Made by a program: the position numbers and the translations under genes. Positions 29,720 through 38,252 of a stretch of DNA of 64,000 bases are shown piece by piece (position 1 is the stretch's first letter; the number at the start of each line of letters is the position of its first letter). The notes beneath the pieces are model-generated. The model worked only from the letters and a program-made list of their open reading frames with translations, did not search any database and had not been told where the DNA came from. This DNA comes from Promethearchaeia archaeon (GTDB taxonomy: Archaea > Asgardarchaeota > Lokiarchaeia > Sigyniarchaeales > SOKP01): positions 1 to 64,000 of the forward strand of contig JAHQWL010000002.1 of assembly GCA_029856155.1 (NCBI GenBank), in the 5' to 3' direction.

Positions 29720-32266
29720 TTATAAGTAAATAAAATAGTAATATATAGGAAATTGTGGTACTCCAATTAAACATAAAATAAACTGTGCTGCTATACTTGG
29801 TAAAATACTATTTGCTTTAAAACTCAAATATGTAAATAAATAACAAGGAAAAGAAAAAAGTAATATTATAAGAATTATATAAAAATAAGAAAATAGATTT
29901 AAGGGAAAACCTGCAAAATCTAAAAATACTATATAATAGATTAACAGTAACAATGTATCTAAAAATATTGCTTTTCTTTTATTTAAATTCTCTAATAGAA
30001 TTGTTAAAATAATACCATGAAAGAAAACTTCTTGCCAGATTATATTAGAAAAAAATAAACTTAAGGTGAAAATATCCCAAATTTCAAAGTAGAATACTTC
30101 ATCAATTATTAAACATATCGAAGAAATAAGAAATAATAGAAAAATTAATATTGAGACACCCCAAATAAAATATTTAGTTAATTTTTTAGACCACCTAGTT
30201 TTAATGCTGACTAAATATTGACTGATTGGTTGTTTTCCATATGGTAAATTGAGAACTTTTGGAATTATGATGATGAATAATACCATAGAACTTAAATTAT
30301 AAAAAATAAGTATTAATAATTTTTTAATCACAATTTCAATTTGATATGATGGGTTATAAAAATAGTAATAATGAATAGGAGGTATTGATTGATTTATATA
30401 AAATAATAGATAAATAGTCCCAAAAAACAATATCATTAGTAAAAATATAGAAATCCATGGATGCCTTAATAAATATGTATTTTTTGTTCCTTTCATAGAT
30501 TTGGGTTCTGTTTTAAGAAATGGTTTTGATTCTGGAATAATTGGCAGAATTTTATTGAAGAGAAGAATTGCACAGAGAAGACCTATAATGGATATTGATA
30601 GTAAAAAAATTACTAAATTAAGGAATTCGGTGTAGGTGTAAAAAAGTCTCAAAAAAAATATTATTCCTAAGGAGATACTATACTGTATCCCTATGATTAA
30701 AATCCATTTTAAAAAGCGGTTGCCTTGGTTAATTTCTTCTATAACATAATGATGTTTAAATTTACCAAAAAAAATGATTCTTAAGTCAAATATCAAAATA
30801 ATAAACATCCAACAAAAAAATAAAGAAGTTATTTCAGCTAAGAGTAAAATTATGAATTTAGGTGTAAAAATGTATAATAAAATTGGGAAAAAAACAGCAA
30901 GAGTCTGTAGAAAAATTAGTAAAATTAATTTTGCTTTTGCTTGATCACGATGGTTGATAGGTAATGAGGCAAGAACAGATTCTCCAGAAATTTCTACGTT
31001 TAATATACCATATACTAGCATACTTGAGATAACAGGGTTAAAAATTAATATACTTATTAAATTTAAAAGAAGATCTCTCTCTATTACGGTTTTTTCACCC
31101 ATATTAATAAGACCAAATGAAAATGTAAAAATACATGAAAATATTATTGGGATTATCATACTCAAGAGCATTTTGAGATCTCTTGTAGCAATTGATAAAT
31201 CTTTATGTAAATATGCTAAAATTGGTGAAAGTGTTTTAATATTTATTTGGATCTCATTTTTAAGCGAATTGATTCTATTTCCTTCCTTAATTTCTTTAAG
31301 ATTAGAGTAAGTAATTCTTTGAAGTGATTTTGATGCTTTTAAATGGATCAACCATGTTAAAGATACAAATACTCCTAATCCAATAAAAATACTTATCAAT
31401 AAGAATAAGGGTATTCCTTTATTCACAATAATAAATGATATGAAATAACTTGGATTAAATGGATATGGTAATATACTTAGAATTGTATTTATTATTGAAA
31501 TATCTTTAATTATAATAATTAATTGAATAACATTATCAAATGAAAATAAAATCCACTGGACCATATAAATTCCTCCAAGAATTACAATAATATAACTAAG
31601 ATTATGAAACAATTGAATTGCCAATCCTTTTTTTGAAGTAATTTTATTGAAAGCTAAGATTCGACTTAGTCTTTCTCCAAATAAAATAATAATATCAAAA
31701 CATAGTATGAAATTCAAGAATGAAATACCTAAAGATACAAAAAAAATAATCATATTTTGCGTTAAAACGATCATTGTAATTGGAAATGCTAATATTAGTA
31801 CTACTATTGGAATATCAAAAGTCCTAAAAATAGTTAAAGCAACTAACTTATGTAACTTATCTCTTGAAATTGGTAATGTTTCAAACCATCGAAAAACACT
31901 TCCTGATAGGATCATACTAAATTCTAATAACCCCATTAGAAAGAAATTTAAAAATTGTAAACTAAAATATAAGGTTAAGATAATACCTCCAATCAAAATT
32001 ACACTTTCCACAGAAATATTAAGATCTAATAAGTTATCAATAATATTTAAATAAACTAATGAAGGTATTATAGGTAGAAAGCCAAAAATTAAAGCATAAA
32101 TGATTTTGGAAATTAAGATCTTTATTTTGAGAATTCTCTGTTTTTTTTTGTATCTTTCTAAAATTTTTAACTGATAAATTCCCTTAGTTTGAAGTAAGGA
32201 TTCAAGATAAAGCTCTTTATTCACTTTTTTTGCTATTGAAAACAAACTCAATTTTTTTTCAGACAT
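29720..32266 (-). CDS. Large polytopic membrane protein (ABC-exporter permease-like, with degenerate CPBP-like C-terminal domain)
   Basis: About 20 hydrophobic segments. Two LPI-containing permease-like halves (ETLPISR, ASLPINH). C-terminal WQEVFFHGII resembles the CPBP EExxxRG motif. Confidence 0.55.
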   Translation of the reverse strand: MSEKKLSLFSIAKKVNKELYLESLLQTKGIYQLKILERYKKKQRILKIKILISKIIYALIFGFLPIIPSLVYLNIIDNLLDLNISVESVILIGGIILTLYFSLQFLNFFLMGLLEFSMILSGSVFRWFETLPISRDKLHKLVALTIFRTFDIPIVVLILAFPITMIVLTQNMIIFFVSLGISFLNFILCFDIIILFGERLSRILAFNKITSKKGLAIQLFHNLSYIIVILGGIYMVQWILFSFDNVIQLIIIIKDISIINTILSILPYPFNPSYFISFIIVNKGIPLFLLISIFIGLGVFVSLTWLIHLKASKSLQRITYSNLKEIKEGNRINSLKNEIQINIKTLSPILAYLHKDLSIATRDLKMLLSMIIPIIFSCIFTFSFGLINMGEKTVIERDLLLNLISILIFNPVISSMLVYGILNVEISGESVLASLPINHRDQAKAKLILLIFLQTLAVFFPILLYIFTPKFIILLLAEITSLFFCWMFIILIFDLRIIFFGKFKHHYVIEEINQGNRFLKWILIIGIQYSISLGIIFFLRLFYTYTEFLNLVIFLLSISIIGLLCAILLFNKILPIIPESKPFLKTEPKSMKGTKNTYLLRHPWISIFLLMILFFGTIYLLFYINQSIPPIHYYYFYNPSYQIEIVIKKLLILIFYNLSSMVLFIIIIPKVLNLPYGKQPISQYLVSIKTRWSKKLTKYFIWGVSILIFLLFLISSICLIIDEVFYFEIWDIFTLSLFFSNIIWQEVFFHGIILTILLENLNKRKAIFLDTLLLLIYYIVFLDFAGFPLNLFSYFYIILIILLFSFPCYLFTYLSFKANSILPSIAAQFILCLIGVPQFPIYYYFIYL

Positions 32267-32728
32267 ACTCTATTTTGTTAAATTTTCTTTTCTAAGAGCT
32301 TTATTAAAATATTAAACTTATATTTTTAATAATTACAAATTTGTCATCTGGAATACAATATATAATCTCTTATTTAAATAATTTTGAAGAGTAATATACA
32401 CTTTTTTGATATCATATAACATATTAAATTAGAATCTGTTATCTATGGAAGAAGACCTTTTCATGCGAAACAATAAATATCATAAAAAGAGGCTCTCTAT
32501 TCTTCATTTGATTTGTTTTTTATTTTTATTTTTGATCAAAAATTATTATTAGTTGAATGATTTCGCAACTTTCTACCGCTTTTCGTTATTAATATTAGTG
32601 AGATTTAACATATTATTCTGTGATTTATCCATATGTGACTACTTTCAAAAATTATTAATGGTTATTATCGGCGTAGAATGATCGATCCCATTATGAGGGT
32701 AAATATTATGCGACAAACAAATTGTTCA

Positions 32729-32756
32729 AAATGATCACATTTATATATGATCATTT
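32729..32756 (+). promoter_or_regulatory. Inverted repeat (AAATGATCA-N10-TGATCATTT) bracketing a TATA box
   Basis: Perfect 9-bp arms at 32729-32737 and 32748-32756 around TTTATATA (32740-32747), about 40 bp upstream of ATG 32787. SD GAGGTGA at 32770-32776. Confidence 0.6.
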
Positions 32757-32786
32757 ACATATACTATTTGAGGTGAGTAAGTTAAA

Positions 32787-33065
32787 ATGCACATTTCAAA
32801 ATATGAAATTAGATCGAAAGAAAAAGCCGAGAAAAATCTCGAAAATATAAAGGATGCCATAAAAGGCTTATATGAGATCTTGGATCTTACTCTTAGTAAG
32901 GATGATTTTTATTATGAAGCTGGTAAAGATAATATTACGGCAATTTATAAGAATCTGATTGAGTTATTATTGAATGATTATGGGCTCAGACATCTCTTAA
33001 AGAAAATCCAGAACTCAGAAGTAGATTTAAATATTGTGTTAAATGAATATTTAGCTAACGCATAG
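32787..33065 (+). CDS. Hypothetical helical protein (92 aa)
   Basis: ATG start with strong SD (GAGGTGA) and an upstream TATA box. No recognisable motif. Confidence 0.8.
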   Translation: MHISKYEIRSKEKAEKNLENIKDAIKGLYEILDLTLSKDDFYYEAGKDNITAIYKNLIELLLNDYGLRHLLKKIQNSEVDLNIVLNEYLANA

Positions 33066-33120
33066 ATTTTTCTTCTATTTTGATAAATTTTTTATATTAA
33101 TTAACGCTTAATTAATTTTC

Positions 33121-33197
33121 CAGTTCCCTGATCTCGTCCATGAATACTCACCTCAATCAGTGTTCAACCCTTCTTCAAGGAGATATCAGGGAACTGA
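33121..33197. repeat. Structured direct repeat, copy 1 (hairpin)
   Basis: CAGTTCCCTGAT (33121-33132) pairs perfectly with ATCAGGGAACTG (33185-33196). 33143-33197 matches 34764-34818 at 51/55 nt. Confidence 0.9.
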
Positions 33198-33381
33198 TCC
33201 TTATCCTATTATTTTTCTTCTTGAGTGATTGATACATCATATTTATTTAAATTAAAATATTTGAATATTTTGTATAACGACATTTTTGTCATTATTGTGT
33301 ATGAGATTTTTTGAAATGTTCAATATAATCATGGTTTCAGATTTCATGATTGTATGAATCAATTGGTGATTAATAGATACT

Positions 33382-34635
33382 ATGTGGGAGATTGTTAAGG
33401 ATGGTCAATATTCACTCATTAGGGAAATAGTTACCAAAAATCCGGAAATAATTCATAGAAGAAACCGTTTCGGATCTACGCTTTTGCATGCAGCTGCATA
33501 CTATGGAAATATTGAAATAGCTAAATTTTTGGTCGCTTCAGGTGCGGATATTTTCGCAAAGGACAAAAATGGATATACCCCTTTGCTAGTTGCTGGTGGA
33601 ATGAAGAAAAAGAATTTGGTTCAATATCTCCTTAATCTGGAACTCAATTATTCTATTAATAAAAATTCACAAAAAATAATTTCAGGGATTTCTGGTAAAA
33701 AATACGACTTTTTTATCAGTTATAAAAGCCAGAATGTTTATATCGCTAGACAGATCGTTGATCAATTAATATCAAGTGGTTATAACATCTGGTTTGCTGA
33801 ATATAGGATTTTATTGAAAGATCGCGGTCAATTTCAGACCGTTATCGACGAAGGACTGGCTAATTCCGAACAAGCTATATTATTTACCAATAAAATTTAC
33901 GCAGAATCTCCTTATTGCTCTGATGAAGCTGAAAAGTTGCTTCAAAATTATGGACAAGATAAAATCATCGAAATCAAAATTCCAGCAGAACCAGAAGTTC
34001 ACCAAAAATTTCCTGCCCTTGCAGGATGTAAATCGGTAGAGACATTCGATGTAAATGAGATGATCAACTTTTTAAAAAAGACTGTGGCACCAGCGGTTTG
34101 TACAATCGAAATAATACCATCAAAACCTGAATTTAAATTCGAAGGAGTCTGCAAAGGAGCTCCTTTTACCCTCTATGCATCAGGATGGAAGATTACACAA
34201 AAAGGAACCTCTTATCTGGGAGATATCGGAAATGGTCTCGAAATTAGATATAAAAAGGTCAAACAGAAGTTTTATATGAATATACACTTCAGCATCGATG
34301 AATCCGAGCTGGCTAAATTCAAATCGATGGATATTGTTTCCGCAGATGATAGAAAATTATATGATGCTCTCTTAGAATATTCAAAAAAACATGTTTCACG
34401 ACTAGATGCTGAAGTGTTGGGAGCTCACTTGGTTTTTCACGGTGGGGCTAGTCAACTAGCTCTTACATATTGGATGGGATACTGGACAAGAAAGTATAGC
34501 ATCACTCTTATACATCCAACATTGAAAAAGCCTGTAGAATTTTTGTTTACATTCGGTTTCCAGGGTACATTTCAAGAATACTGCCGATATGTACATATTA
34601 TGGATTCTGTTATAAAGTCTTTGGAATGGAAATAA
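33382..34635 (+). CDS. Ankyrin repeat + TIR domain protein with unknown C-terminal domain
   Basis: ANK motifs GSTLLHAAAYYGNIEIAKFLVASGAD and GYTPL. TIR box YDFFISY and SPYCSDE (putative catalytic Glu182). Confidence 0.85.
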   Translation: MWEIVKDGQYSLIREIVTKNPEIIHRRNRFGSTLLHAAAYYGNIEIAKFLVASGADIFAKDKNGYTPLLVAGGMKKKNLVQYLLNLELNYSINKNSQKIISGISGKKYDFFISYKSQNVYIARQIVDQLISSGYNIWFAEYRILLKDRGQFQTVIDEGLANSEQAILFTNKIYAESPYCSDEAEKLLQNYGQDKIIEIKIPAEPEVHQKFPALAGCKSVETFDVNEMINFLKKTVAPAVCTIEIIPSKPEFKFEGVCKGAPFTLYASGWKITQKGTSYLGDIGNGLEIRYKKVKQKFYMNIHFSIDESELAKFKSMDIVSADDRKLYDALLEYSKKHVSRLDAEVLGAHLVFHGGASQLALTYWMGYWTRKYSITLIHPTLKKPVEFLFTFGFQGTFQEYCRYVHIMDSVIKSLEWK

Positions 34636-34750
34636 TAGATTTAAACTTTATTAAGTTTTGATTTTACTTTTTATTTTAATAAAATGATTCTCTTGAATTT
34701 TATAATAAATATTTCCCAATTAGATAAAAAATTCTTGTTGAGAAAGTGGG

Positions 34751-34820
34751 AGCCAGCCCCTAAAATCCTCACCACAATCACTGTTCAACCCTTCTTCAAG
34801 GAGATATCAGGGAGCTGACC
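34751..34820. repeat. Structured direct repeat, copy 2 (hairpin followed by T-tract)
   Basis: 32-nt core TGTTCAACCCTTCTTCAAGGAGATATCAGGGA (34782-34813) is identical to 33161-33192. Outer stem CAGCCCCT/AGGG(A)GCTG. Confidence 0.9.
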
Positions 34821-34892
34821 TTTTTTGTTTTTTTATTTTTCTCAGTATGCCAGGATTTCACTATAAAATAAACTGAATGAAATAAAAAATTT

Positions 34893-35162
34893 TTACTCAG
34901 AACCAAATTGTCTATCTAAGTCAATCACTAAAGGAACTTCTTTTTCATCCTTCATAACAACAACTTTCAAAACACCATTCTCGATTGTAGCGCTCACAGG
35001 CTCAATCTTGGACACTTTTCCCCTTGTCCTCGAATTTAAACAAGTATGGGCCTCATCATAAAGATAGCATTTAGTACAGCAGAATCCAACTGGCATATAG
35101 CCGACAATGGAACATTGGTCATATGCATCGCAATTACAATTATTACACATTTTTTTCATCAC
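34893..35162 (-). CDS. Small Cys-rich protein with Hsp20-like C-terminal strand motif
   Basis: Eight Cys in the first 41 aa. SATIENGVLKV resembles the alpha-crystallin AxxxNGVL motif. Confidence 0.7.
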   Translation of the reverse strand: MMKKMCNNCNCDAYDQCSIVGYMPVGFCCTKCYLYDEAHTCLNSRTRGKVSKIEPVSATIENGVLKVVVMKDEKEVPLVIDLDRQFGSE

Positions 35163-35308
35163 TTCTTATAAACAATCTATTAATTTTTTATAAAATTTCT
35201 TGTTTTAATATTTATAATTTATAATTATAATAATATTATCACTTATCATATTTAAGTATTACCGTTTTTCGACATTTTCTGTTTTATTAATGATAGTTTC
35301 GCAAAGAT

Positions 35309-35504
35309 TTGATCATGCAGTGCTGTTTTCAACACATTGATGCAGATTTTGATCATGTGATTAGGAGAATCATTAACATTTTCGGAAAGTGTACACAAAA
35401 ATTGGCGATCCCGATCAAAGTGATTATTATAATAGAACGTAAAAAATTTGTTCTAAAGATAGAGAATTTTAGGGTGGTTTTTGATCAGTCTTGATCATTA
35501 GATC
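35309..35504. promoter_or_regulatory. TTGATCA/GATC motif cluster upstream of the hdr operon
   Basis: TTGATCA at 35309, 35349, 35481 and 35491. Further GATC at 35407, 35413 and 35501. Confidence 0.45.
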
Positions 35505-35729
35505 TATAAAACTTTTATTTTTCCGATAATATATTAAGGATTAATTTACTGAGATTAAAAGAAATACACGAGGAGCGTATTATTATGATTGTATTTGCAC
35601 TATTAAAGTGTGATTTTGATAATGTAAAACAAATTTAAAGCATTTGGTTATTGAAATTTTCTAAAAAATTTATTAAATCTCTATTATTTTTCTAACCATC
35701 TAGTAGATTGATAAAAAAAACTTTTCGAC

Positions 35730-36227
35730 ATGTCTGTAATAAATTTTGAGTTTCGAAATGAGGTATTGAAACATAATGCTTCTTTAAGCTACTGCTATCA
35801 GTGTAGTACGTGTAGTGGTGGTTGCCCCGTAGCTCTGATAACTCAAGGTGGTTATAATCCTAGAAAGATTATAGAAGAAGCGATCTTAGGGTTGCAAGAT
35901 AAATTGATAGAAAAGCAAGATCCTAATCCTTGGCTTTGTTCAACCTGTCAAACATGCGTTGAGCTATGTCCTCAAAAGGTTGAGCTTACTGAAATTTTTA
36001 CATTAATAAAAAATAAGTGTTTCAAGACTGGCAATGTTCCTGAAGCATTTATTTCACAGGGGAGAGCTGTTTTAGAAAATGGAGTTGCACTCCCATATTC
36101 AAAAGCTATAATTACCAGACGGGAGAAATTGGGACTTCCTTCGATAAAAACAGCACCGGTTGATGAAATAAAGAAAATATTAAAAGAGACAGAATTTGAA
36201 AATAACATTCCAAAGGAGGGGGCATAA
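35730..36227 (+). CDS. hdrC: Heterodisulfide reductase subunit C-like
   Basis: CYQCSTCSGGCP and WLCSTCQTCVELCP. Confidence 0.92.
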   Translation: MSVINFEFRNEVLKHNASLSYCYQCSTCSGGCPVALITQGGYNPRKIIEEAILGLQDKLIEKQDPNPWLCSTCQTCVELCPQKVELTEIFTLIKNKCFKTGNVPEAFISQGRAVLENGVALPYSKAIITRREKLGLPSIKTAPVDEIKKILKETEFENNIPKEGA

Positions 36228-36230
36228 AGT

Positions 36231-37094
36231 ATGTCTTATGATTTATTTTTAGGTTGTGTAATTCCAGCAAGGCTTCCATTCTTAGAAGCATCTTCAAGAA
36301 AAGTATTTGAAAAGCTTGGAATTAAATTAAATGATGTAGATGGATTTAGTTGTTGTCCTGATCCTACAGGTATAGAGCTTATAGATCATAAAACGTGGTT
36401 AGCTTTAGGAGCGAGAAATTTAAGTTTATCGAAAGATAATGGAGGAATAATCTCCTTTTGTTCAGGGTGTGTTGAGACTCTTAAAGGAGTCAATTATTAC
36501 ATCAATAAAGATACTGAAGTAAAGAATGACGTAAATAAAATTTTAAAGAGCGTTGGCAAAAAATATGAGGGTAAGACTAAAGTAAAACATTTTGCTGAGG
36601 TTCTTTATGAAAATCTTGATAAAGTAAGGGAGAATGTAGAACATCCTTTAACTGGATTTAGAGTGGCAGTTCATTATGGATGTCATTATCTAAGACCTTC
36701 AGAGATTATTAATTGGGATGATCCTTTTGAACCGACCACAATAGATGAGATTATTAGAGCATTAGGAGCGGATTCAATAGATTATGAATTGAAAATGGAA
36801 TGTTGTGGAAATCCACTTGAAAAATCAGATAAAGAGTTATCTTTACAGATGATAGATAACAAATTTGAATCAATTCAAAAATCGGGTGCTAATTGTGTTA
36901 CGTTAGTCTGTCCTGCGTGCTTTCAGCAATTTGATTTTAATCAACGAGAATTAAGTAAAGAAAGAGAGACTGCTTATAATTTTCCTGTTTTTTATCTTTC
37001 AGAATTAGTAGCACTCGCATTTGGGTTCAAACCTGAAGAATTAGGATTTAATTTTCATCGAGTTCGTCCTAAAGAATTATTAGAAGGATTTTAG
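36231..37094 (+). CDS. hdrB: Heterodisulfide reductase subunit B-like
   Basis: Two CCG domains (LGC...SCCP...CSGC and HYGCH...CCG...CPAC). Confidence 0.93.
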   Translation: MSYDLFLGCVIPARLPFLEASSRKVFEKLGIKLNDVDGFSCCPDPTGIELIDHKTWLALGARNLSLSKDNGGIISFCSGCVETLKGVNYYINKDTEVKNDVNKILKSVGKKYEGKTKVKHFAEVLYENLDKVRENVEHPLTGFRVAVHYGCHYLRPSEIINWDDPFEPTTIDEIIRALGADSIDYELKMECCGNPLEKSDKELSLQMIDNKFESIQKSGANCVTLVCPACFQQFDFNQRELSKERETAYNFPVFYLSELVALAFGFKPEELGFNFHRVRPKELLEGF

Positions 37095-37151
37095 TATTTA
37101 AAAAAAGTATAAATTAAATTTATAAACTTAAAAATAAGAATTGGTAAAACC

Positions 37152-38246
37152 ATGGGATTAGCAGAAATAAAAACATTCGAAAATTTGAAAGATGATGTGA
37201 TCTCAGTTGATAGATGTTGTGCTTGTGGTGCTTGCATAGCATATTGTGAGAATCAAGCGTTTAATGTTATTGAGATGGATAATTATACTCCAAAGTTCAA
37301 AACAGATAAAAGTGTTGAAAATTGTAAAGAATGTGGATACTGTTATTATATTTGTCCGCAAACGGAACCTTTATTAGAGAAATTAAAAGAAATGCACCTA
37401 GTTAAAGATGAACTGGGGCACATAATTGATATTTTTGCCGCTAAAACCACTAATGAGCAGATTAAAAAAGTTGGACAGGATGGTGGAATTGTATCAACCA
37501 TTTTAACCTATTTATTTGATACGAATAATATTGATGCTGCGGTTGTATCAGAATATGATGAAAATTTTAAACCTATACCAAAAATAATATACCATAAAGA
37601 TGATTTGATGAAATCAGCGGGTACTCGGTATTCGATTTCATCTAACATTTTACCTTTAAAAGATTTAAATCAAGTCGCAGAAGATATTATTTCTCAAAAG
37701 AAACGTATTTATGATCGCGATCAATTACGACTTGCTTTTATTGGAACACCATGCCAATGTAGAGCTATTAGTAAGATGAAGCTTTTGAATATTAAGCCGG
37801 CACATGTTATCAGTATAGTAATTAGTCTTTTTTGCTTTGAAAATTTTGATTATGATAAATTGATGGATACATTAAAGTCAAAAACGGAAATTAATCCTTC
37901 AGATATTAAAAAAACAAATATTAAGAAGAACTTCTTTGTCACCTCGAAAGATGATAATGTTAAGGAAGTAAATATTAAAGATCTTGATGGTGCTGTAAGG
38001 AGTCATTGTCATGAATGTGATGAATTTGTAGGAAGTTATTCAGATCTTAGTATTGGATCCTCTGGAGCTCCTACTGGTTATTCAATGATTCTTACTCGAA
38101 CTGAAAAGGGACATAATTTAATAGATTCATTACTTGCCACAGGATATATCGAACGATATATTATTCCGGCAGATCAGATTTCAGAATGGCAACCTAAAAA
38201 AATCAATTGGTTAAAAAAAATGACTTCACTAAAGGTGAAGAAATAA
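37152..38246 (+). CDS. FrhB/FdhB-family F420-binding subunit with N-terminal ferredoxin
   Basis: CCACGAC, CKECGYCYYICP, QDGG, GTRY, GTPCQ, LFC and C..C..F....DLSIG. Confidence 0.88.
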   Translation: MGLAEIKTFENLKDDVISVDRCCACGACIAYCENQAFNVIEMDNYTPKFKTDKSVENCKECGYCYYICPQTEPLLEKLKEMHLVKDELGHIIDIFAAKTTNEQIKKVGQDGGIVSTILTYLFDTNNIDAAVVSEYDENFKPIPKIIYHKDDLMKSAGTRYSISSNILPLKDLNQVAEDIISQKKRIYDRDQLRLAFIGTPCQCRAISKMKLLNIKPAHVISIVISLFCFENFDYDKLMDTLKSKTEINPSDIKKTNIKKNFFVTSKDDNVKEVNIKDLDGAVRSHCHECDEFVGSYSDLSIGSSGAPTGYSMILTRTEKGHNLIDSLLATGYIERYIIPADQISEWQPKKINWLKKMTSLKVKK

Positions 38247-38252
38247 TAAAAG

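Noticed and set aside
32445-32507. Imperfect hairpin with ATGA...GA on the minus strand resembling a SECIS, plus a 38-codon + strand ORF from 32445
   Set aside because: The inner helix is too short, there is no apical AA motif and no selenoprotein gene upstream. The ORF is low complexity with no support.
33140-33232. 30-codon + strand ORF with a hydrophobic tail (MNTHLNQCSTLLQGDIRELILILLFFFLSD) as a type I toxin
   Set aside because: The ATG is absent in repeat copy 2 and there is no SD. The hydrophobic tail derives from the T-rich tract.
33121-34820. The repeats as a CRISPR array or canonical integron attC sites
   Set aside because: Only two copies 1.6 kb apart, with no 30-40 nt spacers and no cas genes. 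The ends read GTTCCC...GGGAAC, not RYYYAAC...GTTRRRY, and no integrase is in the window.
35309-35494. 61-aa ORF in the hdr upstream region
   Set aside because: TTG start, no motif, and it coincides with the GATC motif cluster. More likely regulatory DNA.
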